Source of the DNA: Octopus sinensis
Taxonomy: Eukaryota
Length of the DNA stretch: 64,000 nucleotides
Assembly (NCBI RefSeq): GCF_006345805.1
Contig: NC_043000.1
Span: 24,986,001 to 25,050,000 of the forward strand
Direction of reading: 5' to 3'
Shown: one piece after another, positions 37,033 to 48,584 of the stretch
How the letters are laid out: each line of letters starts with the position of its first letter
Numbering within the stretch: the first letter of the stretch is position 1
Program-made: the position numbers and the translations under genes
Notes under the pieces: generated by a model
What the model was told of the DNA's origin: nothing
Seen by the model: the letters and a program-made list of their open reading frames with translations, nothing else
Database searches by the model: none

Positions 37033-37489
37033 CTGAACGTAAAGTTTTAATGAGTACAGGAGCTCCATTCTGACTGACTTGCTTCAGCCAGATGTTAACA
37101 TCTCTTAATGTATATCCCGATACTTTCTGTCCTTGGATCTCCAAGATTAGATCATCAGAATGTAGTTTCCCACCGGAATGATATTTTACTTCGTCGTGGC
37201 GGACATCTCCAACATAACAGAAGAAGCCCGTATCAGCACCGCCCTTAATGGTAATCGACGAACCCTGTCCGCCGCCACCATCAGAAGGGATGGATACGAC
37301 TGTCTCCTGGAGTCTTGTGCTCCAGTGTTTGACATCTTTTTTTATAGGTGGAGGCAGCAACTTATTGTTGATGGGAGGCGGCAGGGCTTTGTTCTGTGGT
37401 TGCTGTGGATGATGAGACAGTTGTGACGATGGCATAGGCATAGATGCTGACGAGGAAGAACCACCGGACGACTGTCTGTTTTTATGCAT
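37033..37489 (-). CDS. MAGI: First coding exon of a MAGI-family (membrane-associated guanylate kinase inverted) scaffold protein: low-complexity N-terminus plus PDZ0 domain
   Basis: Translation HWSTRLQETVVS...IKGGADTGFFCYVG...SGGKLHSDDLILEIQGQKVSGYTLRDV...PVLIKTLRSG matches the MAGI PDZ0 pattern (HW..v.E...GGAE.GqF...GKL...LLEv.g..VsG.t.rDV). ATG at 37489-37487, with an in-frame TGA shortly upstream. Donor CAG|GTAAGT at 37033/37032 gives a phase-1 intron (457 nt = 152 codons + 1). Confidence 0.9.
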
Positions 37490-38389
37490 GTTATCTGCCA
37501 AATATCAATATCAACAATGAAATAAAGAAGGAAGAAAGACCCAAAAGCGCAGTAGGTAATATTTCCAGCATTGAGTCGTATAGATCCAAATGACGGTTAA
37601 TAGATTTCCTTCAGGCTCGTTCATCGAAAATGTAGAAAGCAAAATAAAATATATATAAAAAATCAAATAAAACAGATATCCTTGTATTGTGTTGTGTTTT
37701 AGTGTTTAGAAAGAAAGAAAAAAATAGGGAGGGAAAAAAAGCAAGAAGCTGTCGGCGAGGAAAACAGTGACAACTCCCCCGGTCAGGTGTCGTCGACTAA
37801 TAACCTTTTGCAGTAAGTTGTTAGGAAATACTTTTGAAAACTTGCAGCAACGAAAACATAAAAGGAAGTAGAAGAGAGAAAGTAAAAGCTGAGGAAAACA
37901 GAGGTTATAAATAGATATATGTAAAGTGTATCAGTAAATATGTTTACTGTATACATGTGTAGTAAAATAAATAATGTATGTAGAGAGGAGAGAAGCTAGC
38001 AAGAAATAATTGTTGCAGACCTTCTTTCATAGCAGCAGTCTAATAAAGATAACAAAGACACGGCTAATTCGACATTTTTCGTAGTAATGTTTAGATTATT
38101 TATCCTGGTTAATTTAGAAAGCAGTGTGAAGATAGACAAGTGTCGTTTGGGTGATAGAGATGTTTAAACATTACAGAGCGGAGGCGACGTATGTTCATTG
38201 ACGGTAAACAGTCAGGTGCCCGTCTCGCAATGACATTCACTCGACAAAACAACAACACAAGGTTTCCGATAACAGAAAATATTATAATAGTCTCTCCTAC
38301 TCTAGTTTACAGCAGACCGAGAGCCAGTAGCTATTGACGAAACGACAGTGGTCACCGATGGAAGGCGACAATAAGAGCCCAGGTAGCTA

Positions 38390-39000
38390 AAGAGAGAAGA
38401 GAGAGAGAGAGGGAGAGATCGGATAGAATGCGAGGTTAGTCGGGCGACTTGCAGCGGTTGTGATGATGGTACTTATGATGCTCCTGTACCAGCAAAGGTA
38501 ATAATAATCCACATGTCTTGGCAGCAACTACTAGTTCCAAGTGACGGTTGTTATCAAATTGTAGCTTGGCATTGTGATGATGACACCTCCTCGCAGATGC
38601 GAAAGTATAAAGGAAAGGCACCCGAGATAGAGTGCGGCGGCGGTGGTGGTGGAGAAGGCTTTGTTTTTTCGTGGCTTGTGTTTCTATCATTTGGGGGTTT
38701 TGTGGAGCGCAGCACACATTGACTTCCCACTTTGAAATAAAAGACGTCACTTCAAGAAAAGAAAAGAAGTCGGAAACGATACCAATAGGAAGATACGCCA
38801 GCTGCGGACTCGCTAGCATACAGAGTCGCCTTGTCCATTTCTGTTTCCTTCTTGCCCTAATGTGACAACGGGTGTCGCCGACGACAAGGAGAACTCATCG
38901 AATTAGACGACAACAGCGTCGAAGGCCACTGATTCAAATCTTCGCCATTGACAATCTTTCCGTACGCATGCGTGCTGCCAGGTACCCGTCCGTGCTGATG
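38390..39000 (-). promoter_or_regulatory. Candidate MAGI promoter / 5' region
   Basis: Unique sequence, CpG-richer by eye, 0.9-1.5 kb upstream of the ATG. Contains an NRF1-like palindrome ACGCATGCGT (38964-38973), CCAAT (38782-38786), CRE-like GACGTCA (38743-38749) and a GA tract (~38393-38420). No TSS data. Confidence 0.4.
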
Positions 39001-40084
39001 AGGAAAAAAAAATAATAATAATAAAATAATAATACTACAAAGGCTGACCGTCTTTCTGAGTAATACATTTTTACCTGAATGTAAAATACCTTTACTTGTA
39101 GCTTATATATTTGTAGCAGTTTTTCAAAAGTGGATGTGATTATCATTTTTAATCAATACCAACGTCAGTATTCTAAAAAAACTTAATTTTGCATTCAACG
39201 TATTTTATAGGTGTGTAATATTTTTATAATTAGCTTGCAAAAAATAATGAAAGAGAGAGAATAAACTTCTCGTAAGTTTAAACCGTGTAAAAAAAAATGG
39301 CTCTATTTATTAGGATATTTTAAACAGAGTTGAACTTTGTAAAACGAAAGAAAAATCATACTTTTATTCATAAAGAAATAAATAAAATAAGTTTATTGGG
39401 AGTCCAGGTGTATCACTCACACACACACACACACAATAAGGTATGTTTCAATGTAAGCAGTTACCTTCCCGCTGAGTTAATGATGTCAAAAATCAACAGT
39501 CAGTACTTGTGTATGGTTTGTACACTAAGTCGTTATCGAACCGACATCCACCATCCCAGTCTCACCTTCGCCTCTAACATTCACGCACTGTGTCTAAGGG
39601 AGATAATTACACGAGGTTCTATAACAATCTTTACCTTGATCATTATTGAAAAGTGCATCAAGTTAGGCTCTAAAAAAACTATTTGCACAGGATGACCTTT
39701 GATAAACACCTTCCAACTCTAGCTTTCCAATGTAACCCTTAATTAATTAATTTTTTTCCCTGGTGTTTCAACTGATCTATTCATACACTACTGCTGTGGT
39801 TGTAACAGTAATGTGTAGTTTATAAATGAAAGCTAAGAATAGATTTTCCTTTATTCTATGTCTCATCACCACACACCTTTCATTCAGTGTCACAACAACA
39901 AAATACCTTCACAAATAACAATGTCGCCAAAGTAGGTCAAATAGGAAACATATTTCTCCTTTTTCTTATTCGGTTTCCGTCAGGTGTAAAATTATTGAAT
40001 AAAGGAAACTTGTATGAAAAGCAGACAAGTTAAGATATTTCTTAGTTTATTCAAGCAAATTTTTTTTATAAGTTTACATTCATT

Positions 40085-40538
40085 TAATTCTTTAATACAT
40101 ATGTACATACATATATGCATGCATACATACATACATACATACAATATATATAAGTTGTGGTGCACCTGAGCACTGTATACAATAATTTCATTATTTATAA
40201 TTATTATTATTATTATTATATATTAATACATACATACGTACAATATAAATGCATACATATATTAATACATAAATGCACACATAGATACATGCATACATAC
40301 ACACATGCAATATACATACATACATACTTGTATTTATGTATGTATGTATATATGTATGTATGTGTATATGTATATATTATTTAAAACAGTTTGGTTTGGC
40401 CGCATGCGATTTCGTAAGCTTCTTACAAAAACCTAACTCGTTGGGCCCAGTACATATACACACACATATGTACATACATACATACATACACACATACACA
40501 CACACACACACACATACATACATACATACATACATACA

Positions 40539-40569
<31 letters not shown>

Positions 40570-40570
40570 T
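40085..40570. repeat. (TACA)n / (CA)n microsatellite block with an embedded CR1 3' tail
   Basis: aagttgtggtgcacctgagcactgtatacaataatttcatt-(ATT)n at ~40152-40219 matches the CR1 termini at ~4200 and ~62780. Confidence 0.85.
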
Positions 40571-41072
40571 GAAGCTTTGTATAACAGTGAGAAAAATTAT
40601 TTTTGCTTTTAGTCCTTTCGGTTTAAGCGCTAAAAAAGGACGGACCCAGTTTGCTTTAAACTATGAATATATTCCCACAATCTTCAAAGCAATATTCCCA
40701 ACCGAGATTAAAGAATATATTAACGAAAAGTTACAGGAATGAACTGTAACTATCCAATGTGGCTTTCATTTCTTGAGACAGTGGGGGTAAGATCTGACGG
40801 AGATATGACTGCTATTTCTAGCAGACTGCTCTACAAACGAGAGCAGTTTCTTCCAACCTTTTCCTCTTTCTACAACTTTTTAAGAGAACTTTGATTAATT
40901 TTCACACTTCTACAAAAGTCATATTACATCTGAAGGTAAACAAAAAAAAGAATCAATTTTATAGTGACTAATTAATATTTTTTTTTATTGCACCTTATTC
41001 AGTACTATGGAATAATAAAATTCTTGGTATACCTGACTGAACAAATCTATTTTTTAAGAGTTAATAATTTTA

Positions 41073-41440
41073 GTGGAGGCGCAATGGCCCAATGGTTAGG
41101 GCAGCGGACTCTCGGTCATAGGATCGCGGTTTCGATTCCCAGACCGGGCGTTGTGAGTGTTTATTGAGCGAAAACACCTAAAAGCTCCACGAGGTTCCAG
41201 CAGGGGATGGTGGTGATCCCTGCTGTACTCTTACTTCCTGTTTCTGTTGTACCTGTATTTCAAAGGGCCGGCCTTGTCACTCTCTGTGTCACGCTGAATA
41301 TCCCCGAGAACTACGTTAAGGGTACACGTGTCTGTGGAGTGCTCAGCCACTTACATGTTAATTTCACGAGCAGGCTGTTCCGTTGATTCGGATCAACCGG
41401 AACCCTCGTCGTCGTAACCGACGGAGTGCTTCCAAAAAAA
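41073..41440 (+). mobile_element. Family B SINE
   Basis: TSD aataatttta at 41063-41072 / 41441-41450; A-tail; near-identical to 6143-6523. Confidence 0.9.
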
Positions 41441-41639
41441 AATAATTTTAACCTGAAAAACGATTTTTATAAAGCATGTTTTCCTCACTTCGAAACATTC
41501 ACATGAAATGCTATCTTGCACTCCTAGGAAGTGTAGGCACGGTACCCCAGGATGGGTACCTTTGACGTAACAATATTTGATCATTTTAATCAAATTAATA
41601 AAACTCTGGTGTTTACCACTACTACGACGACAACTTTCA

Positions 41640-41815
41640 TTGCCGCCACCACCACCACCAGGGTACCTCACTCTTACTTATACTACTTCCACCACCACCA
41701 CTACCACTCCTACTACTATCACTACCTTCACTGTTACTACCACCACCACCACAACAACAACAACTACTATTATGACTGCTACTAGCACCACCACCACTAC
41801 TACCATCCCTACTAC
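41640..41815. repeat. (ACC/ACT/AAC)n triplet microsatellite
   Basis: Directly visible. Confidence 0.9.
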
Positions 41816-42099
41816 TTATTTTATTAATCTTAAAACGGGACAATAAAAAGTAAAACTGACTTTTATGAGAAATGTTTGGTTATGACAATAAATTCCGTGA
41901 AAGAATCTTGTCACTGTTCCTCTTTTAACCTTTGTGCTATTTTGTACTGAGGCGGCGGGGGATAATGACGATGGTGGGGGTCACATTAGCTCAGTGGATT
42001 GGCTGACAGGCAGCCAGCTAGTCCAGCTAAGAAATTATGAGTTCGTAACAGGTCACTGGCTGTTTGGCGCCTGAAATGAACAGAAGTCCGTTGAATAAT

Positions 42100-42636
42100 A
42101 TTCTTTTCTACTCTATGCACAAGGCCCGAAATTTGAGGGGAGGGGACCAGTCGATTAGATCGACTTCAGTACGCAACTGGTACTTGATTTATCGACCCTG
42201 TAAGGATGAAAGGCAAAGTCGACCTCGGCGGAATTTGAACTCAGAACGTAACGACATGATGATGCCCACAGGGGGCTAAACACAGAGGAGACAATCAAGG
42301 ACAGACAAACGGATTAAGTCTATTACATCGACCCTGAAAGGATGAAAAGCAAAGTTGACCATGGTGGAATTTGAACTCAGAACGTAGCGGCAGACAAAAT
42401 ACCTATTTCTTTACTACCCACAGGGGGCTAAACACAGAGAGGACAAACAAGGATAGACAAATGGATTAAGTCGATTATATCAACCCCAGTGCGTAACTGG
42501 TACTTATTTAATCGACCCTGAAAGGATGAAAGGCAAAGTTGACCTCGGCGGAATTTGAACTCAGAACGTAGGGGCAAACAAAATATCGCTAAGCATTTCG
42601 CCCGGCGTGCTAACGATTCTGCCAGCTTGCCGCCTT
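42100..42636 (-). mobile_element. Family D trimer (head, D1 unit, deleted D1 unit, D2 unit)
   Basis: Three copies of ggatgaaaRgcaaagtYgacc...gaatttgaactcagaacgta. Confidence 0.85.
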
Positions 42637-42654
42637 TCACTTTTATAGGGTGAT

Positions 42655-42796
42655 ATTCCGCCAATATCGACTTTGCCTTTCGATTAAATAAGTACCAGTT
42701 ACACACTAGGGTTGATATAATCGCCTTAATCTCTTTGTCTGTCCTTATTTGACCCCTCTATGTTTTAGCTCCCTGTGGGCAATAAAGAAATAAATA
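42655..42796 (+). mobile_element. Family D fragment, 5'-truncated
   Basis: TSD ttatagggtgat at 42643-42654 / 42797-42808. Confidence 0.75.
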
Positions 42797-43034
42797 TTAT
42801 AGGGTGATGGGTAGTTTTTGGTTATCTCACCCCTATTAAAAAATTGCCATTAAATAATTGGGTTATCTCCCCACTAAAAAGTTGAGATTATGTGGCGACA
42901 AGGGATTGAATTAAAAGGGTTCGATCCTTTTGATTCAATACTTTAACACATTGTTGACCTTTGACCTCCTCATTAGGAATGGTATGGTTTGTTATAAAAA
43001 TGTTATCAGTTTCATTAATATCTTTAATCTTTCC

Positions 43035-43427
43035 TCTTTTTTTTCTTTTATTTGTTTCCCTCATTTGACTGTGACCATGCTGGAGCACCACCTTAAGTTG
43101 AGCAAATCGGCCCCAGAACTTATCCTTTGTAAGCTTAGTATTTATTTTATCGTTGTCTTTTGCCAAACTGCTAAGTTATGGGGTTGTCAAGCGATGTTGT
43201 AGGGACAACACAGACATACAATCACACACACACATACACACATACACACACAGACAGACATATATACGACGGGCATCTTTCAGTTTCCGTCAACCAAATC
43301 CACTCACAAGGCCTTGGTCAGCCCGAGGATACAGTGGAAGACACTTGCCCAAGGTACCATGCAGTGGGACTGAACATGGAACCATGTGGTTGGTAAGCAA
43401 GCTACTTATCACACAGTCACTCCTGTG
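43035..43427 (-). mobile_element. Family A SINE
   Basis: Reverse-complement copy, tail to head. Confidence 0.8.
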
Positions 43428-43749
43428 CAATGTTTATTAATTTTTTTCATCTTTTTCTTTTGTTTTATTAAGGGTTAAACAATTTTTGTTGTTGGGAGAG
43501 ACAACCCAATTTTTTAATGGGAGTGAGATAGCCAAAAAGTACCGGTAATGGGGGAGGGGTGTAAATACTTGTGGTGGTGATGGTGGTGGGAGGAGAATTC
43601 TCCTTGCTAGATACAAATAAGGCAGTTTTAAAAAATAGTCTGACCACCTGGGACAGGACAAATGATTATTACAGAAAACCTTCCTGAAATTCTATTATTT
43701 CAGGAATAAAGACTAAAGGGGGAAAATAAACCCTTGAATGGGTTTTCCC

Positions 43750-44290
43750 ATCTTTTGTTTTTTGCTTGTTTCAGGCATTAGATTGCGGCCATGCTGGGGC
43801 ACGACCTTGAAGAATGAATCTATCACTACAGCCACTGACACTACCACCACCATCACAACAATCACTATCACCACCACCACCACCATCACTACTACTACTA
43901 TCATGACTACTACTAGCACCAACCATCACCACTACTTCTTATTTTATTTACCTGGAACTTTATTGTCTTTTTGTTTGCCAAACCACTAAGTTACAGGGAC
44001 ATAAACACACCAACATCACTTGTCAAGTAGTGGTGGCGGACAAACACAGACACAAAGTCACTCACACACACACACACTTATACATACATACATACACACA
44101 TACTTATACATACATATATGCATATACGATGGGCTTCTTTCAGTTTGTCAAGCAAATCTACTCACAAGGCTTTGGTCAGCCCGAGGTTATAGTAGAAGAC
44201 ACCAACCCAAAGTACTGAATCCAGAACCATGTGGTTGGGAAGCAAGGTTCTTACCACACAACCACCCCTGCACCTATTAAGCCACTCCTA
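43750..44290 (-). mobile_element. Family A-like SINE with (ACC/ACT)n expansion
   Basis: Tail gcggccatgctggggcac, triplet tract at ~43830-43930, head ccacacaaccacccctgcaccta. Confidence 0.7.
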
Positions 44291-44298
44291 TATATGTA

Positions 44299-44381
<83 letters not shown>

Positions 44382-44405
44382 CATATATATATGTATATAT
44401 ATATT

Positions 44406-45303
44406 ATAGCTGACGTACCCAGTAATTCCTGGGAAAGCAGGGCTTATCCCTTGGTTCCATTCTCATAATTGTTTTGCTAATCCAATAGCCACAATACAAA
44501 GTATGTAGCCCTTAAAACAGTTTTTGTGCATTTACAGAGAATACTAAATTGTCTTACACAGGATATTGTTTTTAGGAATACCCAAATTTTGAAGTCAGTT
44601 ATGTAAAAACATGAAATTAGTTACTCGATAGTAAGAATTCAAATAATGTAGTCCCGAAAAGGGCTTTAATGCGTTCCCAGAGTATATACAACACAGGAGG
44701 AAATACTAATAAGGCACGTATACTAAAATTGTGAAGCATGTTACATAATAACAGGCTAATCAGATAAAAGATAATAGCAATTCAAAGTAAATAACTCTGA
44801 AAAGGACTTTTGTGAATTCCCAGAGAATATTACCCTCAGGGGTGCTTGTGTTGATATATTCATGAATAAGTCACTAACCGAAATAAGTGGATCTACTGTT
44901 TAGGAAAATACTAATTACTTGTTTAAGGGTTGCACTGGATAATTTGCAAAAATATCTCTAACAGTTCAAAACTAAGAAATAAACATACTCAATTTCATTT
45001 TTACCAAATAATTAAGGAAAATGAATAGGTTATTTTTCTTAGCTATATATAAGGATTTTTTCTAGGGGTGAATGGGTTATTTCCCTTGAGTTTTAAAATA
45101 AAATATATTAGGTATATATAAGGATCCCTTCCAGGAGCCCTATTATCAATGTTTTCAACAATCTGAGTATGCCATGAGGTTTCCAGACATGAGTTCTATT
45201 CACATGTCAAGTTTCATCAAAATCAATAAAACAATCTAGGAAGAGTTAGCTAACAACTCCACAAACACACCCACAGACAGAATTTCCCACATATGTAGTA
45301 GAT
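44406..45303 (-). mobile_element. Helitron/DINE-1-like non-autonomous element (~900 bp)
   Basis: One end has hairpin cccag-taattc-ctggg next to a minus-strand CTAT; the other end reads tcaagtttcatcaaaatc...aagagtt...acaaacacac...acagacag...tagat. Confidence 0.55.
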
Positions 45304-46197
45304 ATGTGGGAAATATATATATATATATATACATACATACACACATAAAGTATGGGAGTTTAGTTCACAAATGATCTAAACGATTACGTATGCTAGGTAA
45401 ATGCTGTACCAGATTACAAGGCTCCAAAGTTATAGCCGAGGTGGTAGTTATGGAGCCATTGCAGATTAGATTCCTGATGCAGCGGATATATAACTATTAA
45501 ACAGGACAGCAAACATTAAGGCAAGGCAAACATCTCAAGTCGTATACAATATTATTATAGATAAGGTGACTGAGATAGTCGGAGTGTGATAGGATTATCA
45601 AGTTGGACTGAAGATTGTGGTGGGTGGACTTTGTTGCTGTGGCCCAGGTTGGAACCCAGCCATAGAATAAATGAGGCTCCTGGAGTTCCGTGATGCAAAT
45701 GGCTTACTGGTCTGCAACACTGACTTTAGGAAACCAGCCAACCATCTTATTACTTATCAGTTTGGTCAAGCCAGACAGACTACATTCTCACCAGAAACAG
45801 GGATAGACAGATGCTTATAAATACAAAAATCCTTTCCCACAGGCATGTGCAACTCAATATTAAGTAAGTGGATAACAACTTCAGACTAGGCCTGGATGGA
45901 CACAGAGATGCAAACCAATTTCAAAAAGGAAATTATGAAAGCTCTAAGATCCAGTGAGTGAAGCATTTGATGAGAAAGAGTGGGAGGCTGAGATGTATAA
46001 TGAAGAGGACAATTGGAAGTTCTTATGGGACAACCTTCTTCTGAAGGCTGCAGACCAAATCAGTGATTGGGGTAAAGTCTCTGTCAGACGGAGAGTTACT
46101 TGGTGATAGAACAGTGAGGTAAATAGGATCATAAAAGTGAAGAGACAGGCTTGGAAAGATTGGAGAAATGGCGGTAGCAAAGAGCTATATCAGGTAG

Positions 46198-46496
46198 GTG
46201 GAGGCACATGGCCTTCTGGTTAGAGCAGTGGACTCACGGTCAAGAGATCGCGGGTTTGAATCTCAGACCGGGCGATGTGTGTGTTTATGAGCAAAACACC
46301 TAAGCTCCCCGCGGCTCCAGCAGAAAGTAATGATGAACTTCTGCTGACCCTTTCACCACAACTTTCTCTCACTCTTTCCTCCTGCATCTTGCAGCTCACC
46401 TACAACAGACCGACGTCCCATCCAGGTGGGGAACCTATATGCCAATGAAACCAGGAAACCGGCCCTTATGAGCCAGACGTGACTCAAGAAGGAACA
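46198..46496 (+). mobile_element. Family C SINE nested in the RTE
   Basis: TSD atatcaggtag at 46187-46197 / 46497-46507. Confidence 0.92.
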
Positions 46497-47000
46497 ATAT
46501 CAGGTAGCCCAGAAGGATGCGAAGTGACACATTTATCTTTCAAAGACAGAAGCAGAAAAGAGAGATTTGCCAGTGTAACTACAGCATGAAGATCAGAGAT
46601 TTGAGGGGTTCCAGATTGCAAAACAATGCATCAGAGAGAATCAAGATGTAGGAGAGAAGTGTGTGCGAATGGGCAATGGTAGGCTTGCACTCAGTGAAAA
46701 GGCTATAAGATGTGGAGAATGAATGGGAAAAAGGGAATCTCCCCTGTGTGAACCCAATAGAGGAACCAGCTATTTATGTTGACAGCAGTACTACAGGTAA
46801 GGAAATTAAGGATATGAAGACAGGGAAAACTTCTGGTCAATTGGGGATTACCCCTGAGATGCTGATAATATAGCTGGCAGAGTGGGATATGGCCTAGTGA
46901 CACATGCAGTTAATCAAGTTATTCAGGAAGGTGTCATCCTCAATGACTGTGTAGAAGCATTATAGTCAGCTACTACAAAGGTAAGAGAGATGCCTTAGAT

Positions 47001-47259
47001 CAGTAGTTCCCAATCAGTTTCAGGCTGCTGCTCCCTTGGCACATTCCTAGTGCCCCTCCCCCCTCCCCATCACAAATATAAACTACTTCCTGCAGCAAAT
47101 TTAAAACAACTGTATTTCACAGATAAAACTTAACCTATTAATATATTTTTTTACATCACCCCATTTTGGCCACCCTATTATCACCCCACTTTTCTTCAAT
47201 GCCTCCTGGATCTTTCCACCGCACCAAGGGGGCAGTACTGCACACTTTGGGAACTACTG
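47001..47259. mobile_element. hAT-type MITE nested in the RTE RT domain
   Basis: 13-bp TIR cagtagttcccaa / ttgggaactactg; 8-bp TSD ccttagat at 46993-47000 / 47260-47267. Confidence 0.92.
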
Positions 47260-48291
47260 CCTTAGATAGAAGTAATTACAGAGGCATCAAGTTGTTGGAT
47301 CAGGTCATGAAAAGTTATGGCAAGTGCTTTAACCCAGTTAATTAGGAGCAGAATCAGATTTGACGAAATGCTGTTTGGCTTTGTACTGGGGAGAAGCACT
47401 ACCGACACTATCATCAGGCAACTCTAGGAGAAGTTGGTTAAGAATAAACCATTGTACTTGGCATTTGTTGTCTTGGAGAAAGCCTTTGACAGAGTACTCC
47501 ACTGGAAATATGGTGAGCTCTAAGGAAGCTGTGGATAGATGAATGGTTTGTGAAAGTCATACAAGCCATGTATAGAAGTTTTGTTAGTAAGGTGAGAGTT
47601 AACCATGAGTACAGTGATGAATTTAGTGTACAAGTAGACGTTCATCAAGGTTCGATTCTCAGTACCCTCTTGTTCATCATTGCCCTCTAGGCCATAACAG
47701 GAATTCAAGGCTGGCAACCACTGGGAACTGCTATATGCTGATGTTCTTGCTCTCATAGCAGATTCTGTAACAGAACTAGAAAAGAAATTCCAGCCATAGG
47801 AAGCAAAACCTGGAACTAAAAGGCCTTAAGACTAAATTAGCAAAGACTAAGGGTTTCATAAGTAAGGAAACAAACAGGACCCTACCTCCATCAGATAAAT
47901 GGCCCTGCATGATATGTAGGAAAGGTGTAGGCGGGAATTCCATATGGTGTACCCAGGGCAAGCTATAGACAGACAAAAGGTGCAGTGGAATAATGAGAAG
48001 GTTATCAGAAAAAAATAGTGTTTGTATGTGGAAGATGCACAGATGCCATAAAAACTACAGATACTTAAGGAATTGATTTCCTCAAATGTCCCAACTTTTG
48101 AGGTAGTGCACAATTTCTGCTACCTTAGGGTTCTAATTAGCAGTGGGGGAAGATGTACAAGATGTATAATTGCAATAATAAGAGGATGGTGAAAATTCAG
48201 AGAGCTCTTGCCTCTGTTGGCAACCAAAGGTCTCTTTCAACAAATAAAGGGAGGATTGCATGATGCATGTTCACAAACAGCAATGTCACAC

Positions 48292-48584
48292 GCACCTTTT
48301 GTGTGTCTATAGCTTGCCCTGAGTACACCATATGGAATTCCCACCTACACCTTTCCTACATATCATACAGAGCCATTTTACCTGATGGAGGTAGGGTCCT
48401 GTCTGTTTCCTTACTAAACCCTTAGTCTTTGCTAAGTTAATCTCAAGGCCCTTCAGTTCTAGGCTTTGCTTCCTATGGCTGGAATTTCTTTTCTAGTTCT
48501 GTTATAGAATCTCCTAAGAGAGCAAAACCATCAGCATATAGCAGTTCCCAGTGGTTGCTGGTCTTGAGTTCCTGAGTTATAGCC
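48292..48584 (-). mobile_element. Inverted duplicate of RTE segment 47690-47983
   Basis: Reverse complement aligns end to end with scattered substitutions and small indels. Confidence 0.9.

Larger units (their letters stand above)
45605..48290 (+). mobile_element. RTE-clade LINE, decayed (endonuclease C-terminal part and RT), with two nested insertions
   Basis: Translated pieces: NGLLVCNTDFRKP...DYILTR; KRDALD|RSNYRGIKLLDQVMK; FGFVLGRSTTD; LEKAFDRV; HQGSILS; LLYADV; WPCMICRKGVG. Many stops and frameshifts. Confidence 0.9.

Noticed and set aside
37490-37501. ORF-track start MADN at 37501 for MAGI
   Set aside because: That codon is TTG; the first ATG is at 37489.
38436-38865. Overlapping ORFs of 69-127 aa upstream of MAGI
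   Set aside because: No recognisable domains, present on both strands, and consistent with GC-richer promoter or UTR sequence. A uORF cannot be excluded without the TSS.
41073-41150. tRNA gene (also the heads of families A, C and D)
   Set aside because: A/B-box-like motifs are present, but no acceptor stem closes and each head continues into a SINE body with tail and often a TSD.
41552-41846. Poly-Thr/His/Gly ORFs (also 43713-43989 and 2030-2329)
   Set aside because: Translations of triplet or tetranucleotide microsatellites.
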